Positions 27,115 through 37,623 are shown, counted from the stretch's first letter. The stretch is DNA of 64,000 bases from an uncultured virus (IMG/VR IMGVR_UViG_3300020367_000005) (IMGVR_UViG_3300020367_000005), one strand, 5' to 3'. Translations and numbers: made by a program. Notes: generated by a model not told the origin, from the sequence alone.

Positions 27115-30100
27115 TATGTTGATACCTCTGTGATTATTATTTTAAACTTAACTCTAAACTTAGTAGAGTCTGATGAAAGATACCATAGCATTGAGTCTTT
27201 GTTGTGTGACTCCTGATAGATTGCTTCCTTAGCTGTCCTCTTAACTAAGATGTCATCCTCAAACCATGATAGTAACGGACGACTAGGCATCTTAAACCCT
27301 GCCTCTTGGTCAGGGAAGTAAGGTGTCTGCGTTGCATCTTCAACAGCAGGTTCTCTTACTGGAGGCCATGTTAATATAAATTCACATGCTTCAGTGTAAC
27401 CTGAGCCAGTATTTATAATTTCCATGGGATTTATAACTGCTTGCCAGTAATGGACTGTCCTAGACCCTGTAGCATTAAAATATACTGGATAGAATGTTAT
27501 TCCTACACGTATCTTACATGCATCAGAGTAGTTGGATCCACCTGTGCCATGATAGTTATCAAGAGTATAGTCATGTATGAATGTGATGGGTGAGAAGTAT
27601 GTATCTCTTACAGTTGGTGTCTGTTGCCATCCATCCCATACAAAGTTAACATCTGTCTGATAACCCGCAGTCTTATTCTGACCTACAGTATACCATGGCA
27701 GTCCTAGCTTTGCAAACGTAGTTGGAGCACTCGTTAACAATGTATCTTTCTGACTGCTAGGGATACTACTACCACTCAGTGTTTCAAACCTAGTAATTAA
27801 ATGCTCCTCTAAGAGGTGGTTGTAAACACCTGTAAGGTTTCTGTAATTATATGAAGGTAGAATTGTATCGCTGAAGTAATCAGACTTATCGAAAGTATAT
27901 CCTGTATCAATGTATCCTCCTGGAATGTTAGGCATCAATGGGTTGTTAGTATACCTGCTGTTGCCTGGTATGTCTGGGTTTGCTTGGTTGGTACCATGCA
28001 TAGCGATTGGTACACCACCTGACCATACATTAGTCCATGGATAGCCAGGGTCTGGAGTGTTATCATCATTCCAAGTCTCACTCCACTTAGATCCAGGCTC
28101 CCACTCAAACTCCTGTCTATTAGTAGGACGGAATTGCATAGCAAATCCTTGGACAAATCCCACGTCAGATTTATTGATAGGATTATTAGTTGGGTTACCT
28201 GCTGTCGATCCTTGGACATCATCACCAGAGACGGTACCTAATTGTAACTTAAACACACTGTCAAAGTTATTAGTTGCCTTGTCAAACATGGCAAGCTCTA
28301 ATGATATGTCACCTGTAACTGGACCTGTGTCAATACTTACGACCTCAAAGGTAAGAGTATCATTAGGACTTAATGATATATCACCATCCCATAGGTCTGC
28401 ACCTATGTTAGGCCAATACTTTGCTTCAAATTGTTTGGTGAATAAATCTACACCATTCTTCTGCATTTTTATAGTAAACTTAGTGCAGTCACCTTGCAGT
28501 CCACCTGTGATTCCACCCATCGATATCATTCGGAAGGTACCACCTGCCTTTGCTGCTATAGTCTGACTCTTATTCAACTCGGTTGAGTAAGCACCATTAC
28601 ACTCACCACACTCCCAGTCAACGTCATTTGATTGGAAGGTAGGTAGTTTGGTACCACAATCCTGCCTTCTCATTATAACTGTCTTGAATGACTGGGTAAT
28701 GATGCGGCTCTCACACTTGGTCTCGTTATTTAATTTCCTAAAGACTTTCTCAGGTGCAGCAGTAGGATACACATAGCATTGAATACCTTCGTATGTGTAA
28801 CCATCAAAAGTATATCTTACATCATGCCATATCTTAAGGTCATTGTAATCATCATCACCTGCTATCAAGTCCTCCCAGAATTGATGACTTCTACCATGCC
28901 ACTTGGTTTGATCCTTCTTCATAGGATTCCACTCGTTGTCACCAAAGAGACAGTAGTTACTCTGAGATGAATTAATACCTGTGCCTCTGAATCCTCCACT
29001 GTAAGGAGCATTTAGTGGTTCAAAATCAATGACTTGGTTGACTTGGAAGGTTGGATTAACTTGTGCACCATTAGATATGAGGAAGAAACCCATGGTACCA
29101 CCTGCAAAGTTTTGTAATTGCTGACTAGGTATAGTTGACACGGTAAGGTTAACTCCACTCCTTATGAGTGGTTGAGTAATCACACCCCACTGTGGACCAT
29201 TCTCATTTGCAAGATAGAATCCCATAGTATTTCGATACCCTGCATTTCCATGCTCCACGTCCATCTTTATCTGCAAGTCACCCTTAGGGTCTGAAGGTAT
29301 CTTATACACCCACTTGTTTGGTACCTGCACTGGCACACCACCTGTAAAATCACCAGTGATAGTATACTTGTGGTTAAATGGATCAGGACTCCATAATCTA
29401 TGCAATGGTGCTGCTGTCTCCTTCTCTGCTAGATAACTGGACATCTTATTAGATGTCTCAAAGACATGTCCTATTACCTCTTGGAATACCATGTCACTAT
29501 TATCCATAGTCACTCTCTCACCTGCACCAGGAGTATCAGGTTGACCTGGGTTAGTAGTTAAGAATGTATCTTCCTGAGTGTTACTAAAATATCTGAATAG
29601 TGGTACAGTTACACCTTTTATTTCATCTTTTAATACCCAAAAGACTGGGGTCTGTTTGGTTAAGACATATCCTGGTGGAGGAGTCGATTGTGTATGGTAT
29701 GCATGGTCAGCACCGTTGTTAGTAGATACGATAGTGAAGTTAGCATTACAATCGTTACCATCCAAGTCTTTCATACATATTCTTCTACCGTTATCAACAA
29801 TAGTAAACCCACCAGAGTTACCATTCATAGTAATTGATGTAGTTCCAGGACCAGTGAGTTGTAGTGTTTCATACTGCTCACCTGACCTACCTGACCTTGT
29901 GAACGTCAGTCCACCAATCTGAATGCTGTTAATGGCAACGCCATAGGTGTTGGGATTATCATTCCATTGCAGACATAGTACCACAACAGCACTACCACTA
30001 CCAGTAGCAACTATATTACCTGAGCCATCAAATGATGTTGATAATGTCCCTGAGCCATACGTTGACTCATAAACTGGCAGTCTATCAGGGAAACAATTCT

Positions 30101-30869
30101 CTACACATATCTCATCTCTGTTACCACTCCATCCATTAGGCCAGTAACTACTACAGTTTGCAGCAGGAGGTTTCCATTGACCACCAAAGTAAGGTCTAAA
30201 CATACACTCAAGTGCATTCCTTACACAATCATCAAAGGGATCTCCTTGACCTAGGTCATCAGGACAATAATATTTCTCTCCATCTTTGTCTTGCCAGAAT
30301 CCATCCTCCAACTCAGTGAGTGAGGTTGGATCTTTAGATAACATCTCTCTTACGATGTCACACTGGTCATCATCACCACCAAATCTTATCTTCATCCAAG
30401 GAACACCAGGTTTGATAGGGTCTAGTGTTATCTTGGTGTCTTTTATAGGTAAAGGAATACCAACGAGGTCTGTAACTTCCTTAAGAATACCTAAGTCCCA
30501 TGACCCATCGTACATATCAGGTAGGTCATCAGGGGGTGGTTCTAATAAAGGTAGGTCAGGGTAACATCTCTGCACCAAATTCTGAATGACTTCAGCAGGT
30601 GTAGGAACAGGGTCTACTTCAGGTGCTACAAAAGGAACAGTAGGAAACTGTGAGTCCAGTGGGTTAGGCATCAACCCAGGTGGATCACTATAACACCTGC
30701 CAACTAAGTTTTGAATTAGTTCGGCAGGAGATACTGTAGGTGCTACGGGTCCAGTTGTTGCTTCGGCAGGGATGTTAGGGTTTAATTGATCAAGTGGGTT
30801 AGGTGCATTAGGCACTGACCCTGTGTAACATCTCTGCACTATGTCTCTTATGGACTGACCATGAGCCAT
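27114..30869 (-). CDS. Large putative virion/fibre protein with DUF4114-like domain
   Basis: 1251 aa, beta-rich; AGYRNTMGFY...FWEDLIAGDDDYNDL; late-promoter-like CTAAATA at 30899-30893. Confidence 0.6.
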   Translation of the reverse strand: MAHGQSIRDIVQRCYTGSVPNAPNPLDQLNPNIPAEATTGPVAPTVSPAELIQNLVGRCYSDPPGLMPNPLDSQFPTVPFVAPEVDPVPTPAEVIQNLVQRCYPDLPLLEPPPDDLPDMYDGSWDLGILKEVTDLVGIPLPIKDTKITLDPIKPGVPWMKIRFGGDDDQCDIVREMLSKDPTSLTELEDGFWQDKDGEKYYCPDDLGQGDPFDDCVRNALECMFRPYFGGQWKPPAANCSSYWPNGWSGNRDEICVENCFPDRLPVYESTYGSGTLSTSFDGSGNIVATGSGSAVVVLCLQWNDNPNTYGVAINSIQIGGLTFTRSGRSGEQYETLQLTGPGTTSITMNGNSGGFTIVDNGRRICMKDLDGNDCNANFTIVSTNNGADHAYHTQSTPPPGYVLTKQTPVFWVLKDEIKGVTVPLFRYFSNTQEDTFLTTNPGQPDTPGAGERVTMDNSDMVFQEVIGHVFETSNKMSSYLAEKETAAPLHRLWSPDPFNHKYTITGDFTGGVPVQVPNKWVYKIPSDPKGDLQIKMDVEHGNAGYRNTMGFYLANENGPQWGVITQPLIRSGVNLTVSTIPSQQLQNFAGGTMGFFLISNGAQVNPTFQVNQVIDFEPLNAPYSGGFRGTGINSSQSNYCLFGDNEWNPMKKDQTKWHGRSHQFWEDLIAGDDDYNDLKIWHDVRYTFDGYTYEGIQCYVYPTAAPEKVFRKLNNETKCESRIITQSFKTVIMRRQDCGTKLPTFQSNDVDWECGECNGAYSTELNKSQTIAAKAGGTFRMISMGGITGGLQGDCTKFTIKMQKNGVDLFTKQFEAKYWPNIGADLWDGDISLSPNDTLTFEVVSIDTGPVTGDISLELAMFDKATNNFDSVFKLQLGTVSGDDVQGSTAGNPTNNPINKSDVGFVQGFAMQFRPTNRQEFEWEPGSKWSETWNDDNTPDPGYPWTNVWSGGVPIAMHGTNQANPDIPGNSRYTNNPLMPNIPGGYIDTGYTFDKSDYFSDTILPSYNYRNLTGVYNHLLEEHLITRFETLSGSSIPSSQKDTLLTSAPTTFAKLGLPWYTVGQNKTAGYQTDVNFVWDGWQQTPTVRDTYFSPITFIHDYTLDNYHGTGGSNYSDACKIRVGITFYPVYFNATGSRTVHYWQAVINPMEIINTGSGYTEACEFILTWPPVREPAVEDATQTPYFPDQEAGFKMPSRPLLSWFEDDILVKRTAKEAIYQESHNKDSMLWYLSSDSTKFRVKFKIIITEVST

Positions 30870-30895
30870 GTATAATTATAATAACCTATGAATAT

Positions 30896-30976
30896 TTAGG
30901 GGTTAAAATTTGGGTCATAGTAACAGAGCATCGCTGTTGTTGCAGTCATTGCTCCTAGTATTAATAGAATAGTCAT
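30896..30976 (-). CDS. Possible 26-aa membrane micropeptide
   Basis: MTILLILGAMTATTAMLCYYDPNFNP; ATGA overlap with the halogenase stop. Confidence 0.4.
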   Translation of the reverse strand: MTILLILGAMTATTAMLCYYDPNFNP

Positions 30977-32094
30977 TTGTTTAACTTAGTCTTTAACATA
31001 TCCTCAAAGTTATTACCGATGAGGTTATAGTGAGCCATTATAACAGAATGGTGATTGAAATATGAGTATTTGTTATTAAGTTTAGCCTTCCAGTCTCCTC
31101 TGAATGAATCACCAATCAGATTCCAGAATTCTGAGTCATTTACTGTTAGCGTTTTCGCATAATCCCAGAAGGGGCTATTATATTTAGACCCATACTGATA
31201 ATGATACAATAAAAAGTTACTATTCTGTTGAATCATCTTCAAGTTATCAGAGACTATCTGCTCCTTGGTTTGCTTCCCTCTGATATATTCTATGGTACTA
31301 TCCACCCAATACATATACCCTGTGATACTTGTCGCCTCTAGTGGTTCAATAAAAAAGTATTTGTTTCCGTTGAGAAATACTCTATCGGAAACTACTGGCA
31401 TCTTCGCACAGTAGTTTTTAAATCTCCTAGTCTTGGTTTCGGCCACTTTAAATAGGTTACGGAAGTTTTTCACCGCTACCTCGTCTTTTGTTGTAGTAGT
31501 ACTATAAAGATACCCATAAGTAGTACTACTACGAAGAGGAATCTCAAAGCACCATCCATCTGGGGTGGCGACTGCCCTGGTAACTTCACTCTTAATGGGT
31601 AAGGTGTTACCTAATACCACACTGTCCAATGGATTCTCTAGAGTATAATAGTTGTCAAAATTATCAGGTGTCCCACTACAATCATAGATCCAATCATCCA
31701 TTAAGTCATCAGGTGTTACATGCTCCTCTACTACATTAAACAGACCTGACTTACACCAATAGTTTGTGAATGCTTCGGGGTCAAAGTGCATAGCATACTC
31801 ACTGATACCAAAGTCATGGAACCATCTATGGTTGTAACCCCATCCCTCATATAATATACCTGTCTTAGGAGTCTGGTCGAAGTCCATCCTATCCCATGTC
31901 ATCCAATGCTTAGGATGATACCAACCAACCTCATTTAATAGTCTTAAGATGTTAGGCCATGACCCTGACCCTACAGGTTCAATTGGTGAACCATCGTGAT
32001 AGATAGTCACCTCACACTCAGGTAAATGGGTCTTCCAAATTAGTCCAGTGATAACACCTGCTAATCCTTTACCTATGATACCTATTCTCTCCAT
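30973..32094 (-). CDS. Flavin-dependent (tryptophan) halogenase-like protein, short form
   Basis: GKGLAG, TPKTGI, GWCFEIP, FFIEPLEATS. Confidence 0.8.
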   Translation of the reverse strand: MERIGIIGKGLAGVITGLIWKTHLPECEVTIYHDGSPIEPVGSGSWPNILRLLNEVGWYHPKHWMTWDRMDFDQTPKTGILYEGWGYNHRWFHDFGISEYAMHFDPEAFTNYWCKSGLFNVVEEHVTPDDLMDDWIYDCSGTPDNFDNYYTLENPLDSVVLGNTLPIKSEVTRAVATPDGWCFEIPLRSSTTYGYLYSTTTTKDEVAVKNFRNLFKVAETKTRRFKNYCAKMPVVSDRVFLNGNKYFFIEPLEATSITGYMYWVDSTIEYIRGKQTKEQIVSDNLKMIQQNSNFLLYHYQYGSKYNSPFWDYAKTLTVNDSEFWNLIGDSFRGDWKAKLNNKYSYFNHHSVIMAHYNLIGNNFEDMLKTKLNK

Positions 32095-32684
32095 GTTTCA
32101 CTGCCACCCGATGCTTCTAACCATATATTAAATGATAAACTTATTCTACTTTCATCTGATGTGTTGGTTGTAACTCCATGCTCTAACCAACCAGGGAAAA
32201 ACAATATCTTACCTGCTTCAGCCCTCTGCTCATATCTTGGTGGTCTATAACACTTAGCATTAGCCATGCATTTTGATGGTGCTTCAAAGAATATAGTACC
32301 ATCCTCATTGTTAGTCTGGAAATAATATACTCCTGCTATATCTGCATGTCCATGTGAATGGATGTGTGCATAGTGTCCTTTATTAAACTTAGCAAACCAA
32401 GAGTCTTGTATCTTCCACTGACCTGGCTCACCATAGTTAATAGTATACAGATATTGTTTTAAATGTTTAGTTAATTCTTCTATAAAAATATTACACTCAT
32501 ACTTCTCTAACACATTCTCTCTAAAGTCTGGGTCAGATAGTAGGTGAGTCGTGCCCCATCCTTGGACACCTTTGAAGTCTATCTTATCTACTGTTGATTG
32601 TAACTCCTTCTGTATGATGTTAAAGTTATCAACGTATGCCCAGTAGACAGGGGTAGGATAGATTGGATCTATATTATAATTCAT
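32082..32684 (-). CDS. 2OG-Fe(II) oxygenase-like protein (TIGR02466-like)
   Basis: HIHSH...AGVYY...FPGWLEHGV...RISLSFN. Confidence 0.85.
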   Translation of the reverse strand: MNYNIDPIYPTPVYWAYVDNFNIIQKELQSTVDKIDFKGVQGWGTTHLLSDPDFRENVLEKYECNIFIEELTKHLKQYLYTINYGEPGQWKIQDSWFAKFNKGHYAHIHSHGHADIAGVYYFQTNNEDGTIFFEAPSKCMANAKCYRPPRYEQRAEAGKILFFPGWLEHGVTTNTSDESRISLSFNIWLEASGGSETWRE

Positions 32685-32690
32685 TGCAAT

Positions 32691-32713
32691 AAAAAGGAGA
32701 CCCTTAGGTCTCC
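32691..32713 (-). terminator. Intrinsic terminator after psbA
   Basis: GGAGACC-TAAG-GGTCTCC-TTTTT. Confidence 0.8.
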
Positions 32714-32738
32714 ATTGTATTATATGTAAGTATCTATG

Positions 32739-33821
32739 TCAACCGATAGATGGTGCTGTTAAAGCAACTTGTGTTGACTCAGCAGCAGCAAGGTCGAGTG
32801 GGAAATTGTGTGCATTTCTTTCATGCATAACTTCCATACCTAGGTTTGCTCTGTTAAGCACGTCACCCCATGTAGGAACAACTTTACCGTTAGCATCTAC
32901 GACACTTTGGTTGAAGTTGAAACCGTTAAGGTTGAATGCCATTGTACAGATACCCATAGAGGTTAACCATACACAGACTACAGGGAATACAGCAAGGAAG
33001 AAGTGAAGACTTCTACTGTTGTTGAATGATGCATACTGGAAGATTAATCTACCGAAGTATCCATGAGCAGCAACAATATTATATGTCTCTGTCTCTTGTC
33101 CGAATTTGTAACCGTAGTTTTGACTCTCTGTTTCTGTTGTCTCTCTGATTAGAGAAGAAGTAACTAGAGAACCATGCATAGCACTAAAGAGTGCTCCTCC
33201 AAACATACCTGCTACACCTGCCATATGGAAGGGGTGCATTAATATGTTGTGCTCTGCTTGGAAGACAAACATAAAGTTGAATGTCCCTGATATACCTAGA
33301 GGCATACCATCAGAGAAGGATCCTTGTCCGAAAGGATACACTAAGAATACTGCGAATGCAGCAGATACTGGAGCAGAATATGCTACACAGATCCATGGAC
33401 GCATACCTAAGCGGTATGATAACTCCCACTGTCTACCCATGTAGGCAGAGATTCCAATTAAGAAGTGGAAGATTACCAACTGATATGGACCTCCGTTATA
33501 CAACCACTCATCTAGTGTGGCAGCTTCCCATATAGGGTAGAAGTGTAATCCAATAGCGTTGGAAGATGGAACTACAGCACCAGAGATGATGTTGTTACCA
33601 TACATGAAAGAACCAGCAACTGGTTCTCTGATCCCGTCGATATCGACAGGGGGAGCAGCAATAAATGCCACGATAAAGCAAGTAGCAGCAGCTAACAAGC
33701 ATGGAATCATAAGAACTCCAAACCAACCAACATAAATGCGGTTGTTTGTACTCGTAACCCACTCACAAAACTCGCTCCATCCTGACAATAAACCTTGCTC
33801 TCTTCTTGAGATAGAAGTCAT
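32739..33821 (-). CDS. psbA: Photosystem II D1 protein
   Basis: Full-length 360-aa D1 ([11 protein letters not shown]...[13 protein letters not shown]); no intron. Confidence 0.99.
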   Translation of the reverse strand: MTSISRREQGLLSGWSEFCEWVTSTNNRIYVGWFGVLMIPCLLAAATCFIVAFIAAPPVDIDGIREPVAGSFMYGNNIISGAVVPSSNAIGLHFYPIWEAATLDEWLYNGGPYQLVIFHFLIGISAYMGRQWELSYRLGMRPWICVAYSAPVSAAFAVFLVYPFGQGSFSDGMPLGISGTFNFMFVFQAEHNILMHPFHMAGVAGMFGGALFSAMHGSLVTSSLIRETTETESQNYGYKFGQETETYNIVAAHGYFGRLIFQYASFNNSRSLHFFLAVFPVVCVWLTSMGICTMAFNLNGFNFNQSVVDANGKVVPTWGDVLNRANLGMEVMHERNAHNFPLDLAAAESTQVALTAPSIG

Positions 33822-33842
33822 TGAAATTAAAAGAACATTTGT

Positions 33843-33900
33843 GTGCGGTATGATAAGACTAATCCCGATAGGGAATCCCCATGGTCTTGGTTAGGGGTAA
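33843..33900 (-). ncRNA. PhotoRC-II-like psbA leader RNA (pseudoknot)
   Basis: CCCC/GGGG stem whose loop AAGAC can pair with downstream GUCUU; sits directly 5' of a phage psbA; family name is from recall. Confidence 0.6.
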
Positions 33901-33924
33901 GATGAAATGTCCGAAGACACTAAC

Positions 33925-33953
33925 ACTATATATGCTTTGTAAAGTTTTGTCAA
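33925..33953 (-). promoter_or_regulatory. Sigma70-type promoter of psbA
   Basis: TTGACA-17 nt-TATAGT. Confidence 0.75.
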
Positions 33954-34186
33954 GAGGGGTCTGTGCCACTTCTTCTTTTGTCTCGTATTGATTCGCTTCC
34001 ACCTACTGCAAACGGATTATACTTAGACGTTGCAATCTCATACATCTTCTCATGCATGGTCTTTTCGTTTTCTATTTCGTCACTCTCATCTTGAGGCTCG
34101 AAACTACTTGGTGCTAAATCCATAGGGTCTATTTCTGGGTCAAACCATGCATCATAAGGAATCTTATCTGGTGCAAAGTAAGTCAT
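33950..34186 (-). CDS. Hypothetical protein
   Basis: ORF track. Confidence 0.65.
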   Translation of the reverse strand: MTYFAPDKIPYDAWFDPEIDPMDLAPSSFEPQDESDEIENEKTMHEKMYEIATSKYNPFAVGGSESIRDKRRSGTDPS

Positions 34187-34311
34187 TTGTAATCGTTAAA
34201 ATCTAGTTTCATTACAGGTTCATCATCGAATAAGATGTCACCTGAGTCTTGTGAGGAAGACCACTCTTCCTCTCCTGTATCCCATAAGAATGAGCAAGGA
34301 TCATCTTCCAT
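34183..34311 (-). CDS. Small acidic hypothetical protein (42 aa)
   Basis: MEDDPCSFLWDTGEEEWSSSQDSGDILFDDEPVMKLDFNDYK; ATGA overlap. Confidence 0.55.
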   Translation of the reverse strand: MEDDPCSFLWDTGEEEWSSSQDSGDILFDDEPVMKLDFNDYK

Positions 34312-34312
34312 A

Positions 34313-34609
34313 TTATTTCCTAATTGCTGGTACTAATGCTCCACCATCGTCATCATCATCTTCATCATCCCATGGGTCATCTATCTGACCTTGCTCTATT
34401 CTATTCTCCAACGCTTGATGTAATGGGTCTCGTGGATTAATCTTGGCGAAGTTAACTACTAATAATTCCTCACCATTCTTCACCTCCTGCATCTCAGGAT
34501 GAAGTTTAGGTTTCTCTGGTGGTTGATCCATTGCTGTCCATCCCTGTGACATTAACATCATAGCATAATATAGCAGGATACCTGATGTAACAATGAATAA
34601 TATAGTCAT
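34313..34609 (-). CDS. DUF2973-like membrane protein
   Basis: TM helix, LHPEM...EELLVVNF, DDDDDGG tail. Confidence 0.6.
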   Translation of the reverse strand: MTILFIVTSGILLYYAMMLMSQGWTAMDQPPEKPKLHPEMQEVKNGEELLVVNFAKINPRDPLHQALENRIEQGQIDDPWDDEDDDDDGGALVPAIRK

Positions 34610-34905
34610 TAGTCTTTGTTACTCACCCATTTCTTTTTCTTCTTATCGTATCTCTTGACCTCTCCTCTCTTTAAACCTGGACCTGCCTTTGCTTTAGCAA
34701 CAAACTGTTTGTATGTTGGAGAGTCTTTTGAATGCCCAGTCTTTTTCTTACCGTGCATCATACGATCTTTCTGGTACTTCAACTCTGCTTCCTTTTCTTT
34801 AGTCTTCTGACGATTCTTTTCATCGTCAAAAGTATCTCCATACTTCTCCCACAACCAAGGTTTAAACCTAGCTTGCTTGTCAAAGATTTCTGGTAGAATG
34901 TTCAT
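34609..34905 (-). CDS. Basic hypothetical protein
   Basis: ORF track; coupled. Confidence 0.65.
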   Translation of the reverse strand: MNILPEIFDKQARFKPWLWEKYGDTFDDEKNRQKTKEKEAELKYQKDRMMHGKKKTGHSKDSPTYKQFVAKAKAGPGLKRGEVKRYDKKKKKWVSNKD

Positions 34906-36371
34906 GAGTAGAAGTTTTCCTTTAGATATTTATACATTGTAGGTAGAGACTCAGCAAGTTTCTTGCGTCTTTCGTAAAGATGTACCCATTCATCAACCTT
35001 TTTAGAGGAGACAGAAGGATAATCAAAGTACTGATATGACCTCTTCCTAACTGTAGTATAACCTGCCCCGCCCAAAATGTAAAGTATGGGTTGTGCCTCA
35101 TGTTGAACTGGATCACCCCCTACCATGTGGAATCGGACTAAATCGTGAGCACCCTTGGGTTCATAGTGTGTCCTCTGGGTTGCTTCCTCCCAAAATTCTG
35201 TGTCTGTCCTACGAGAATAGTAATAGTGTGCTTCAACAAACTCTTTCCACCCTTCAACATGCTCATTCATATTATGATTGAACCTGTCCTTCATAAACTT
35301 ATTAATACCAGGTTCCTCTCTCAAACTATCACAGAGAGCAAGGATACCATGGTGTGCTGAGAATAATGAGGTAGATTCTAATGGTTCAATGAAACTATAT
35401 GATAAACCTATCATCACACAGTTACCTACCCATGCTTCCTTCTGCTTACCATTTCTAAACTTAATTACCTTACCATTATGGAGACCTGACTCATGCATAG
35501 CACCTTCGGGTGACCTATACTTGGATGAGAATACATATCCCTCTGAAATATAATCCCACGTTGGGATAGTCCACATCCATCCTGCACTCATACCCTTTGC
35601 GTTGGTGTATGGTACCATCTCCTTATCTTTATCTTTATATTCTCTCTTTCTTATAACAGCAGTGTCTGTTGGGATAGAAGGGAAATCTATCCAACGAGTC
35701 ATAGCACCACCTAGTGTAGATTTTTGCCCAGTACAGTCGAGATAGAGATCTGCGTCAACTTGCGGGTTCCTGAGGTCAGTCTCTCCTCTCTCCACAGTGA
35801 TAAATTGTATTCTTCCTGCTTTATAACTAACCGACTTAACTTCACTATCGACCACTCTAACATTACTACAAAAAGTTTCTTGTAAATAGGCAGAGAATTT
35901 ACTTCCATCGATGTGGAATGACCTGTCTTTAGATAAATCATAAGGGAAGAGTAGAGAATTATTAATTGGCATCTTCTTTTCTTCTGCCACCGTTACGAAC
36001 GGCATGAAGACATCAGCAAAGGGAGGGGGTTGGAGTCCATATGCCTTTGCACACATCCAATCATGGAAGGTAGCATCAGTTAAACCTATTGCCTGTGATT
36101 GTCCATTAGGATAATGGAAAACGTGGTCTAACTCAGTAAAGTTTTCAAATCTTGATGATGATTTATATGTTGCTCTCGCTGCTAATAAGAATGTCTTATC
36201 ATCTATACCCATATACTTTAGGTATTGATTGATGTGAGGAGTTGTAGATTCACCCACTCCGATAGGGTCACCACCTTTAATCAAGGTGATATTATAATGT
36301 GGAAATGTTTTTGCGAGTGCAGCAGCTGCCATCCATGCAGCAGTACCACCACCAACGATTACAACTTTCAT
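34902..36371 (-). CDS. Flavin-dependent tryptophan halogenase-family protein (PrnA-like)
   Basis: GGGTAAW, IGVGESTTP, ATYK (catalytic Lys position), GWMWTIP, FIEPLESTS. Confidence 0.9.
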   Translation of the reverse strand: MKVVIVGGGTAAWMAAAALAKTFPHYNITLIKGGDPIGVGESTTPHINQYLKYMGIDDKTFLLAARATYKSSSRFENFTELDHVFHYPNGQSQAIGLTDATFHDWMCAKAYGLQPPPFADVFMPFVTVAEEKKMPINNSLLFPYDLSKDRSFHIDGSKFSAYLQETFCSNVRVVDSEVKSVSYKAGRIQFITVERGETDLRNPQVDADLYLDCTGQKSTLGGAMTRWIDFPSIPTDTAVIRKREYKDKDKEMVPYTNAKGMSAGWMWTIPTWDYISEGYVFSSKYRSPEGAMHESGLHNGKVIKFRNGKQKEAWVGNCVMIGLSYSFIEPLESTSLFSAHHGILALCDSLREEPGINKFMKDRFNHNMNEHVEGWKEFVEAHYYYSRRTDTEFWEEATQRTHYEPKGAHDLVRFHMVGGDPVQHEAQPILYILGGAGYTTVRKRSYQYFDYPSVSSKKVDEWVHLYERRKKLAESLPTMYKYLKENFYS

Positions 36372-36634
36372 CTATTATTATACTCTTTCATTATAGCGTC
36401 ACATGTCATACGAAGATAGTCACCATCGTATTTCTTTACTTCATCTTGTAACATATTATTTTGTTGGGTAGGTAGGAATTGTTCTAACTTACCTGACTCA
36501 ATATAGTCTTGACAAAATTCATAGATGGATTTATTTATTCCCAATCCTGCCTTACTAAAACATGCTAGACATAACTTACGTTTCTCTAGATTGCCATCAT
36601 CATAACTCCAACCTTCAATCATTTTAAAATACAA
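36368..36634 (-). CDS. Hypothetical protein
   Basis: ORF track. Confidence 0.6.
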   Translation of the reverse strand: MYFKMIEGWSYDDGNLEKRKLCLACFSKAGLGINKSIYEFCQDYIESGKLEQFLPTQQNNMLQDEVKKYDGDYLRMTCDAIMKEYNNR

Positions 36635-36709
36635 TAAATCCTATTGCACATATCATACCAAATTCTAGTAATCCATGCAACCCCTGAGGGACAGTTATTA
36701 ATGTGGTTT

Positions 36710-36988
36710 CTAGCCTTGCCATATCATATCAGGCATTCCCTGCCCTGGTCTTACTACAAATAAAAGGATCGCATAGCCGACAAACCAAATAATATTAAAG
36801 GTCCATGCTTGGCGATAAAGGTACTTTCTAATTCCCATAGAGAGTATAACATTTCGTACTGCTTTAGGGTCATCTTCGTTACCAGTTTGTCTAAAGATCT
36901 GTTCAATAATGACTGCAATGATTGTCCCTATCACTAGAGGATAGAATACAAAGTTTGCAAAGGACATTACTGCTATAATAAAAGTCAT
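36710..36988 (-). CDS. Small two-TM membrane protein
   Basis: Two hydrophobic helices. Confidence 0.65.
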   Translation of the reverse strand: MTFIIAVMSFANFVFYPLVIGTIIAVIIEQIFRQTGNEDDPKAVRNVILSMGIRKYLYRQAWTFNIIWFVGYAILLFVVRPGQGMPDMIWQG

Positions 36989-37137
36989 TTTTTAGGATAA
37001 AGTCTCGCTACTTTTTCTTTACGAATCTTTTCTTTATTTCTTCTCTCTTCCACCTTCTCATCCCACCACTTGACAGGCCACCTTTGAAGTTTCAAGGCAG
37101 CTAGCCATAGTTTCTTTCGTGGGAGACGAAGTTTCAT
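36985..37137 (-). CDS. Small basic protein (50 aa)
   Basis: MKLRLPRKKLWLAALKLQRWPVKWWDEK...; ATGA overlaps at both ends. Confidence 0.65.
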   Translation of the reverse strand: MKLRLPRKKLWLAALKLQRWPVKWWDEKVEERRNKEKIRKEKVARLYPKK

Positions 37138-37373
37138 GTCTTCTTAGGTTTATGACCGTGTGCTATTCCTAACTCATGCATCTTAGCATGCTCATCTATC
37201 TCATCTCTGAGTCCTTCCTTACCTTTACCAAATGTCATGTAAATTCCATAACCTAGTAGTCCTATAACAATTACTCCAATTATTATAGGTATAGCAAGAC
37301 CAGGCTCAATTAAAGGTTGCTTCTCCCATGTACCTGGTAAAGTATACACGGATGGTTTTGCTAAAAAGATCAC
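37134..37373 (-). CDS. psbN: PsbN-like photosystem assembly protein
   Basis: TM helix then GYGIYMTFG...LRDEIDEH, resembling the PsbN YxxFG...LRDPFEEH motif; GTG start coupled to the upstream stop. Confidence 0.6.
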   Translation of the reverse strand: MIFLAKPSVYTLPGTWEKQPLIEPGLAIPIIIGVIVIGLLGYGIYMTFGKGKEGLRDEIDEHAKMHELGIAHGHKPKKT

Positions 37374-37444
37374 TGTATTACCATCCAAGATATGTTAGTG
37401 AATGCTGTAGTTGCTAAGATGCAACCGAAAACTATAAAAGGCAT
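37370..37444 (-). CDS. Possible 24-aa membrane micropeptide
   Basis: MPFIVFGCILATTAFTNISWMVIQ; TAATG and GTGA coupling. Confidence 0.5.
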   Translation of the reverse strand: MPFIVFGCILATTAFTNISWMVIQ

Positions 37445-37623
37445 TAAGATTCTGCTCCTTGATAAACTGGGGTCATTACACCACCACCTTCATCATCGTC
37501 GTCATCATTATCTATTGCTCTTAAAAGAAGATCGATTACGACTAAAGCAGCCATGGGATAGAAAACCCAGAGGACTGCCATTAGTGGTGATATACTGTCT
37601 GTTGCGGCTAAGTAGTCGCCCAT
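37444..37623 (-). CDS. Small membrane protein with DDDDDEGGG tail (59 aa)
   Basis: MGDYLAATDSISPLMAVLWVFYPMAALVVIDLLL...; TATAAATA at 37657-37650 upstream. Confidence 0.7.
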   Translation of the reverse strand: MGDYLAATDSISPLMAVLWVFYPMAALVVIDLLLRAIDNDDDDDEGGGVMTPVYQGAES

